From Marsupella aquatica (lineage: Eukaryota > Plantae > Marchantiophyta), in contig OZ316891.1 in assembly GCA_973895155.1 (NCBI GenBank), positions 23,497,899-23,561,898 of the forward strand: a DNA stretch of 64,000 nucleotides. Direction: 5' to 3'. Position numbers and translations under genes: made by a program. Under the pieces are notes generated by a model that saw nothing but the letters and a program-made list of their open reading frames with translations, ran no database searches and had not been told where the DNA came from. Numbering within the stretch: position 1 is the first letter of the stretch; every line of letters starts with the position of its first letter. Of the stretch, positions 50,023 through 58,898 are shown in pieces.

Positions 50023-52819
50023 TTTTACATGTGGATGGAGCTTAGATCTCCTGACACTCTATGGGCATACCCGGCTGCATTTCAGAAATGGGTGTCTATC
50101 AAAGATGGAGACGCTCTTGCCGACCTGTATTGATGTACCCAGCGGAGGGAAAGTTTCCACCACGATCATTGTCGGAGTGGGAGAGACTTCACTGTCCCTG
50201 GTACCTCGACACAGACAAATGGGATTTACCGTTCGACAAAGCTGAGAAGGATGCCTTCATGAAGTTGCAAAAGTCCCAGATCCCTACCAACTATGTGTCT
50301 ACAATGAAGCAAGGTCTCTAGTCTGATGTTGACGAATCTGCATCTGAGTTACAGAAGAATTGTGAGTCTCTTGTCATGCACGTTGACCGAAGCCGTAAGC
50401 CAAGAGGAAAGGCGAAGAATGAGTCAGCTGCACCAAGTGACTCCACAAGGTCCTTCAAGAAAAGTCAGTAGTCTAAGCGCTTTTTGGTTACTTGTTGGCG
50501 CTACTTATGCAGGAGTTTCATTTGGAAATTCCTTTGATTAATAGCGCCTGGCGCTAGTCTGAAAGGTTGGACTCATTCAAGTTTTTGTGCCTAACAGGAG
50601 GTCGAAAGTCCGACACGGAGGTCCCGGCTGCCGAAGGGAAGAATGATGCAACTCCTTAGGCATCGGAGGCAAACACTGGAGCTCAAGAAACCCCGGATCA
50701 AGGGACCCCGGATGGTGCTGGAAAATCCATTGTCCCTCTTGACGCAACTAGCACGAAGAAAAAGAAAAAGAGAGGCGCCGGTGAGGACAGAGCAGCATCA
50801 TCTACTCGAGACGTTATTTCCTATGGACTCCAGAGAGATGTCGGGAATTTTAAGCGAAGGTGTTCTAGACACTGTTTTGTGGAGTCCAATTTAAACGAAT
50901 TTTACAATTTGGTATTTAACAAGGGGATGAAGCCTATGTGGGTTACTAAAGTTGAGGCCTGGGGAAAGGAATTGGTAAAGTCAGGAGACAGAGAGAAGGG
51001 AGTAATGCGTGGCGGAAAAGAGAGGGGCTTTGGTGTGGATGCTGGTTTCATCTACATTCCCACTGGGTTAAAACCAACACTTCTTGATCGGAAGGTTCCC
51101 AAGTGGAACCTTCAGGATTACACTATTCCCAGCTCTTTCTTCCGAGCCATGGAGCCGTTCCTTGCAGACGATGGCCTACTTGCAATTTTACACAGAGGAG
51201 ACTATGATCAGGTATCTGAAGTGATTGCGGCTTGCCAGGATTCTAAGTGTTTCCAGTGTATTTCAACCCACCATGTGGTCATGACTACACCAATGTATAG
51301 GCCCCGATCTGATACTCAGGTAACAATTCCTCTTGCACATACTAGCGCCCGACGCTACTATCAGCATTCGCAATATCTACAATTCACTTATCTTTTGTAA
51401 GGATGAATGGTTGACTAGCGCCAAGCGCTAATATATGTGTCTGTTTTCTTATACTGCCTTCATTGGGAAACTGTGTTGCAGATATTCACACTTACTCTTA
51501 ATATATTTTGCCGCATTTTGACAAAGGGAAGGGTCCCGAAAGACCCCAAGTTCCGGCCACTATCGAATGAAGAAGACCCTTCCGTCACTAACATTATTGG
51601 GTTTTTGTTGCCGCGACATGACCCGACTCCTGAGCTCCAATTTGCAGGAAATTCACGATTGCCTGTGGGTTTCATGCAAACTATTTTGGAATTGGTGACT
51701 CTTCCTAGAGATATCGTTATGGACTGGACAGTAGGTTCCGGTAGTACGTTTGTGGCTGGAGATTATTCTGGTCGCTTTGTTGTTGGGCTGGAAAATCGTC
51801 CAGAGTTTGTTGATACTTCCGGTAAGGTCTTCCTCGATCTTTTATAGAACAAAGAAGTGGTTGCACCAACTCCTCCTAAGAAGATTCCTGGAAGTAAGAA
51901 GCAGGACAGGCTCCGTGCTATTCTAAATTTTGATTCGGAAGACGAGGATGAGGGTGGCAATGCTTCTCAGCAATCTAAAGATGATGAGGTGTCGAAGAAT
52001 GTGGTGGACCTTGGATCTGGAGATGAGGACAGTGAAGAGTCAGAAGAGTAATTTTCTTTAGCTTTCTTTCTCTTGTTGTATACTTTTTTCCAAAGAACTC
52101 CTCTACTCCCTTATGTCTAGAAAATTCGCCCGATTTCCCGACTTCGACTAAAGAACTCCAGTTCAAATTCTCAGGTTAGAGTGGAATCTTCGGAGGCATT
52201 TTCAACTTCGAAGGAACGTCTCTAGGAACGTTGTACAGACCCTGGAGAAGCCATTTGTTCTCCCCTCTTATGCTGAAAAGGCGGCACGACGGGCAGATTC
52301 AGTCAGGACGCTTACTTGGTAGAGTAAGGGTCTTAGACTCAAGAGAGGCTCAGATAGAAAGTTTGTGCAAAATCACTTCGTAGATGATATTGCAAAATCC
52401 AAGTATGTGGACGACGAAGCAGAGTCCACTGATAGATCAGAAAGTAGCGGCTCTGAATCGAACTCAGAGTCGAGTGGTGGTTGTGGATCTGGTCTTTAGT
52501 TCTCCTTGTTTTATTTACCCGTTTATGGAGAACGACGACACTCAATAAGAACGCCGTGACGTGTCGGATTGGAGTAGCGCCCGGGGCTATTACTGTAGCC
52601 GGTATTTCAAAGAGGTTTTTATTTGGTTTTTTCCTTATAGCGCCCGGCGCTAGTATAAATGTACTCAATGGCCGCTTCACGTCCAATATATGTGACAATA
52701 TTTTCATACCCTTCGGTGACTTTTTTTGGGTGCACATTTGCTTGTATGAGTTTTGCTGTTTGCTGTTTACTGTTTGCTGTTTGCTATTTGCTGTCACGGA
52801 GAGATCCCCCCTCCATTCG

Positions 52820-55800
52820 TGTACTGTGAGCCAGTGTTAGATTTGATCGAGGTCTGGAGTTTCCTCGGGGGTCTCACTATATGGGGACCTCCCCATCACC
52901 TCCGACGTTTTTAGGCCTCGGACCCCCTAAAATGTGAGAAATTTTTTAATTTTTTAACCCCTATAAAGTTGGAATATTCTTGGAATATTCCAAATTTTGG
53001 ATTAAAACGACCCTAATGTTCTTATAAGTCTCAAAATTGAATTTAAAAGACCCTATTGTTCTTCTACAAAAATTCTTAAGTCTTCTCTTAGAACCAATAA
53101 AATGACCCTATCCTTCGTCGCACGTGATATGCCATTTTTGTGGAAGTGAAACCCCCGAGGGAGTTTCTCCCATTCCTTGTCCGAAGGCGTACGTTGGGAT
53201 CGGCGAAATTGATTCTTTCAGTAAATGCGTTTACATTAATTCTCAAGTGCAGCGCGAGACGTCGCAACTGTTTGGACCATCGAGACTCCCTGTGCTTCAA
53301 GGAACTCTACCTCGGCAGGTGACAGGTTGGTCCCTTTCACAACTGGCAAGATATCCGGCATAGGAGGAAGGCATTCAACACCACGACGCGGGCGGCTCTT
53401 GTAGCATGTTTTGTTTGGGCAGAACCATATCATTTTTGCAATGGGTGTGCCTCTTAAAATGCGATGTCCGCTGACAACAATGCCGACAACACCTGCTGCC
53501 GAATGGAACCCAACTTTTTTCACACGATTTCGACACTCATCCCTCTCAGAATTTCCATGCAAAGTCCCATTGCACTGAGGCCCTGCCCCATATTTGGCCG
53601 TCCGCCGCAAATGCCAGGTCCCTCTAGGAACGTCCATTTCCAAAGGAGTTGACTCTGTCGGCAAATGTTGAAGAACAGCCGGAGCACTGAGTGGGGGTTG
53701 CGACGATGTTGTTGTTCCTCTGGCTTCAGGGGTGTTTGCGAGGGAATCACTTCCATTCGTTGAAGTGTTGCTACCGCCGATGTCGACTATGGGATCTGTT
53801 ACATTTGCAGGAAAGGAAGTGAAGGTAGTGTTGTTGAGATTCTTCCGTTTGAACCCTCGAGTATTTGGTGTAGTGATGAGAATGGTGTCATGCCGATGGG
53901 AGTCTTGTGGTGAGACAATCCCAGTTGCGAGTCCCTTCCTCTTAACCGACTTTGTGACAATATCTCCATTCAGAGGAGAGCTCCTCTCCAGATCCAAATC
54001 AACAGCGTTTGAAAGAATCATGTTGGTTGCTTCTTCAAATAACTTGGGTGAACCAGATTGGTCTGCGGATCAAAATGCTAATTCCCAGATAGTTGGCCCC
54101 TTCCCTCTATTGAGTCCCTTCCGATACGCGCTGTAACCCGCAACTTGTGACAAAGCTCGATTTTGATCAACTTTGCATGCTTCAAAGAGACCCACCATTT
54201 TTTTGGTAGCCCATGCTTTCATGGAGGCGTGCCTTGACTCTGACCCGGTATAGTTTGGAATGAGCGCACCTTCTTCTGCACTTTTGCTCTGCAATAAAAC
54301 CCGTCCAGACAAAATTTACTTCTTTTGTATAAGCAGCGCCAAGCGCTAGCAATGAGTAGGAGATAATAAAAGAAGATTTATCGGTAAAAGTTTCATTTTC
54401 TGTAAAGTTTGAAGGTTTTCTGAGTGAAAATTAAAGTAGCGCCTGGCGCTAGTATAAACACACTGAGGTTTGACTAATAAACGCATCAGGAAAACTTACC
54501 ACACAAATGAAATTCCCCCACTGACGCCATCAAACAACCCACCAAGATATCCAACTCTGCAACATCATCAGCTTTCCTGGGACACAATTTCCCGCTTGCC
54601 ACCATAACACAATCTCCCTCGAAACTCGATACGCCGCAACAAACGTTGGAGCATTCCGCAATTTCTCTCATAGTTGTCGATGTTCTGGTTGCTTACCCTC
54701 CAAAACTCTTTCTGTAGAGTGTCGATGGAACGACTGGTAAAAGTGAAATGCATCAGAGCGTTCACGTTCAGGGTCTAGGTGCCCTCCAAAAAAGATATTG
54801 CGAACGGCGATCCATCCAGCCTGAGCATTGTCAGCCATAAAACCTTGAATGACAACGTCTTGTAACCCATTTTCCTTACAAACCTCAATCATAATTCTCC
54901 ACGCTTTCTCAAAGGACTCCGTGTCTTCAGCTTTTAGTTCGCATGTGAAGATTGTACAAAGAGCTCGGAAGTTGTGATTGTAAACGTGTGCACTGAAAGT
55001 AAACCAGTCGGTTGTCACTCGCTTCATCACATCAAAACTCACCCAAGCTCCTTCCAATCTTCCGCCAGGTTGCATTTGCCGGAGAAGATCTACACCAGAT
55101 CCATGACCCTTGACTGTCATTTTGAATATATGGGGCCTATCTGCTACACAACCCTGACCCGACAGGAGGTACCTTTGGAGGAAAGAAATGTTATTTGATT
55201 TTTGCATCCGAGCTAGGAAATCTAACTACCATGACCAGCCTGGTCCATTCAAACGCTTTGACAAAGCGATGCAAATTTCTGGGGGGTAGACAGTACCATG
55301 AGAGACTTCCAAATCTCCGTTTCTTCAATATCTACTATGTTGTTGACGTTTTTGCAAAGAGCTTTCACGAGCAAACCGGTTGCAGAATTCAAAATACCAG
55401 GCGGCTTTGCTAGAGGATTGGCTTCATGATTTTTTCTTATCAAATCCTCAGCTATCTTCTCAGCGCTCCTCGAGAAAACTTTCCTACTTGGATGGTTATG
55501 CTCACCTATATGAACTGCGAGCCGAGACATGTGACTACAGGTCTTTGTATCAAGAAGGACTTGAGGGTACATATAAAACAAGTGAGCAGGGCAAGACTTC
55601 ACACAGAAAGGAATCTACGCACAATAGTGACAGACTACACCACCCTCTTCAATCAACAAACCCACCACGTGTTGGCCACTGAGTTTAGGAGCACCATGCT
55701 AGGCCTTTGCATTGCATCTCTTCTTTCGCTGAAAGTACTCACAGGACTTGTTCCTGCACTCGATGAACCCGGTACACGTAACCTTACCAAATTCCCAATG

Positions 55801-56523
55801 TTTCTTTGGATGCACGTTTGCAGTTGTCGGAAAAATTTGGGTCCAAATGTAACAATCTTTGGCACGGTCCATGTCACGAAGTCTAGATCCCTTGGAGAGC
55901 GTTCCCTCAATGGGAGGCAGTTCAAATACAACATTTCCGTTGTACTTGTCTGGCAAACAAGGAACTTGCTCATGCCGGAAGTCCCCTGCCAAGATAAATC
56001 TTGACAGTTCACTATGTCCCGTGGCCTTGAGTAAGGCGTCCATCGCACTCCTCCGGTAGACTTTATGACCAACTCCGGAGGTAGCCACCGGCTCATCCTT
56101 AACAAAAGCGGAAACCGGAACTTTGTACTGCGAAGGAGGAGTGGGTGCAACATCACCATCTTCATTGTCAGATATGTCAACAACAACAACAGGAATGTTC
56201 CCAACTGCTGGTTCCGGAGTGACACGTCTGACATTAAGCGTGTAACTAAGCCCGGCATTCATATGCCAAAAGTGTACTCCCTCATCTACATCGAATGCCG
56301 CAGCCCGTTGAAGTTCTCCACTCGTCGATTCCTGTGGAACAATGGACTCAATATCATTCATCCTCAAATCAAATCTCCCAAGGTAGGTTTCACTAACTTG
56401 CTTGTAAGCATCAGAGACTTGCACGGGGATGTTGACGACGTCTCCAGTACAAGCACATGTAATTACAATTGAGCAAGACATTGTGGAGAAAATGAAGGAA
56501 TCAACAAAGCAAATTCCTCCCAA
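52820..56523 (-). pseudogene. element B transposase (GCM-like plus MULE DDE), paralog of A
   Basis: YNGNVVFELPP, CTGFIECRNKSC, HIGEHNHP, WVSFDVMKR, GFMADNAQAGW, GSESRHA. Intron 54289-54499 is at the same position as in A. Confidence 0.8.
52864..53159 (-). mobile_element. 296-bp related MITE, opposite orientation
   Basis: TIR CTCGGGGGTCTCACT/AGTGAAACCCCCGAG, 8-bp TSD ggagtttc. Interrupts the B transposase. Confidence 0.9.
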
Positions 56524-57416
56524 ATGGAATGCTTATACTAATGCGTGAAGACGACTGACCGTTATAAAAGTAGTTTGAATACGACATAGAATTGTGTCCG
56601 TTGAAATCATAAATGTAGAGTTTGTCCTTTTGCCCCGTTAAGTGCGGGTGTCAGGGATATTTTTTTGTGTCAAAATGAACACATATAGGCCAAGATAATT
56701 CACATGATTTCAACAGCGCCTGGCGCTACCAAAAATTCCAGGATTTATAAGGTTAGAATCCAGTCACACAGCAGACTAGCGTCGGGCGCTAGCATTACAG
56801 TGGACACCAATAAGTCTACTTTTTTGTATCTAAACATGCAATATCATCCAAATTTAGGCACCATTTAGGGATACATGTACTAGCGCCGGGCGCTAGTATT
56901 GGTACACCATATTTAAGGACCAAATGTGAACAAAATTAAACTTCCTACGTCCTAAAGTTCTTCATTTCCAAAAACATTTGCCTAAACTATGACAAAAACA
57001 TAACCTTTAATAGACCACGGAATGGGTAGCATCGGGCGCTATCTATTGAACACATTAAACTGTATGACCAATGTGGTTAAAATTTTACTAGCGCCCGACG
57101 CTAGCATTGCATTACCAAGTTTTAGTAGTCTGGTCAACGGTAATATTTAACGGTAACTACGGTTAGCGTGATCTTCACAAAAACAGTTTAGCGGATTCTA
57201 CATTAATATCTTTCACAGTTCTTAGATTGTCGCTTTGTTTTAACAATAACTAATACCCAATTTCATCGTAACGTCTCTTAAATAGATTACATCAAGGGAG
57301 ATAGCACTGATCAATCGGGTATAATACTCCATCAATTGTTAATTTGGTACGGAGATTCAGTACTCAATCGTGAGAATTGTAGTGTACGACCGTTCGTACA
57401 ACACTCATCGCGGGAG

Positions 57417-58898
57417 ATGATGGATGCAGTCCCCTCCTCGTCGAGGGGGTATAGTGTTGTGGGGGATCGTGATCATGGCTATTGCGAGTCTTCTAAGTCT
57501 TCATTTTCAGGTTTGGTGTATACACGTCGAGTGACGAGGTCAAGCGCATCACTTGTTCCCGTATCAAGTAATTTGTTTCCGAAGCCGACATGAAAAATGA
57601 TGGAGAATGTTGACACATTTGCAATCGGAGATGTCTCATTCTCGAAGACCGACCTTATTTCAAAACATGTCATGTTCTTTGGGAAGGATTTCCGAGGGTT
57701 TAACAAGGAGCCTCCTAGGATTCTGCTGTGTTGGTTGGTGCACATGGAGGTCGTCCGCACTTTGCAGAAAGATAGCTCCTCCATTGACAAGTTGAAAGAC
57801 TCTTTTCGTAGTATGGGATACAATTTGTCGATAGGAATGAGGTTTTATGTTCAGCCGGCGGACGCTGAGGGAGTGACGCTCACTTGCACACAGGAAATTC
57901 ATGATACTTGGGATCCAATATGGATATCCGAAAACAAAAAGTTCGAGGAAGAATGTGCGGCAGACCCCAATTTTCTTGTTCTGAAGGATAAGATGTTCTC
58001 AATTTTTGACGAGAACCATCGGTTGTACTCCTGGACGCTTGTCACTAAGGAGAATCCAGAAAACCCAAAATACCACCCGCAAGTGCTTTGTACTGTCTTC
58101 AATGGGGACAAGGGTTCACTGATTGAAATTGAAGCGGTGATGCACACCGTGAACTAGTAAGTTTGTCTTTATAGCATATCTCTAAGAGGAATTGTTTTAC
58201 GAGCGCCCGGCGTTGCTTGAATGTTTTTCTAATTCCTTTGTTTTCCTTCAGGCTTGGACAAGCCTTGGTCAAACCGTCATGGATCCTTGACGCAGATCGA
58301 ATCAAGAGGATTTTGATTCACGACCTGGAGTACTATAGTAAGCTCATCGACCCTGCCAATTATAAGAAGATTGAGCAGATCAGGCTGAAGATGCGGAAAG
58401 GATCCTGGTACATGAAGAAGATGCCTCAAGAGGCTCTTGTCTATATTCTATGTGAGAATAAAATTAAATCATATTCTAACCAATTCAAGCTAGACATGGA
58501 GTCCGCTGCGGCCCTAGGTACCCCCTGGTCGGCCGAGGAGGTTTCCACAAGGCATGCCATAATGATGAAGGAGGCCACCAAGGACTGGGCAGTGAAAACA
58601 TCAAAAATCACTCCTTTGTTGAGTCCTGAATTTGAGGACTTTCTATCTACGTGCGCATAAATGTATGCTGTGACGGAGAGAAATAAGCAAGAGAAGAAAC
58701 CTGATACCGTCTTGTGTACAATGGACCAAGCCAGGCTTTTTACTGCTGTTTCCGCACTCGACCCCAAGCTCAGGAGTACTTTGCTTATTGCCCATTGCAA
58801 TCCTGAGCTCCGAAGGCAATTCTTCCATCCGAACAGCGTGAATGATGATCTAGTAAAACAGTGGTGTCATACCTGGATTACGTGGAACAATGTAGAGG
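57417..58898 (+). pseudogene. element B accessory gene, ParB/Srx-like N-terminal half (truncated by insertion)
   Basis: Colinear with A: MEVVRTLQK, FSIFDENHRLYSW, MMKEATKDW, VKQWCHTW. Intron 58157-58251 is at the same position as A's first intron. Confidence 0.75.

Larger units (their letters stand above)
47619..52051 (+). pseudogene. element A accessory gene: ParB/Srx-like N-terminus plus C-terminal beta-class (N4/N6) DNA methyltransferase-like domain
   Basis: IKKLKESFRVIGY...FCVFDGNHRLYSW (48183); VDAGFIYIPTGL; FLADDGLLAILH; RLPVGFMQTILELVTLPRDIVMDWTVGSGSTFVAGDYSGRFVVGLE (motif I at ~51710). GT-AG introns 48332-48458, ~50464-50597 and 51320-51481; two MITE insertions. Confidence 0.7.
41033..52810 (-). 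mobile_element. Mutator-like element A, full length (11,778 bp)
   Basis: 9-bp TSD ctccattcg at 41024-41032 and 52811-52819. Both ends start GG and share an ungapped, imperfect ~34-bp TIR (core CCGTG..AGCAAATAG.AAA.AG). Confidence 0.9.
40469..58215. repeat. dispersed 15-bp palindrome TAGCGCCNGGCGCTA, ~28 copies
   Basis: Starts at 40469, 40581, 41400, 43112, 43215, 43272, 45502, 45567, 45631, 46850, 46926, 47019, 47124, 47217, 48420, 50542, 51343, 51416, 52575, 52638, 54334, 54437, 56714, 56777, 56881, 57027, 57089, 58201 (0-2 mismatches; 58201 has 3). Confidence 0.95.
39991..58898 (-). mobile_element. Mutator-like element B (host of element A; right part displaced by an LTR-like insertion at 58899)
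   Basis: Left end GGGTATAACAACGGTGACACGAAACAG matches the left end of A at 19/27 positions. The transposase is split between 40695-41023 and 52820-56523. The accessory gene starts at 57417. Confidence 0.75.

Noticed and set aside
47619-52051. Bacterial contamination or a plasmid parABS locus
   Set aside because: The gene has GT-AG introns conserved in position between paralogs, lies inside a TSD-flanked MULE among plant-type retroelements, and has no parA nearby.
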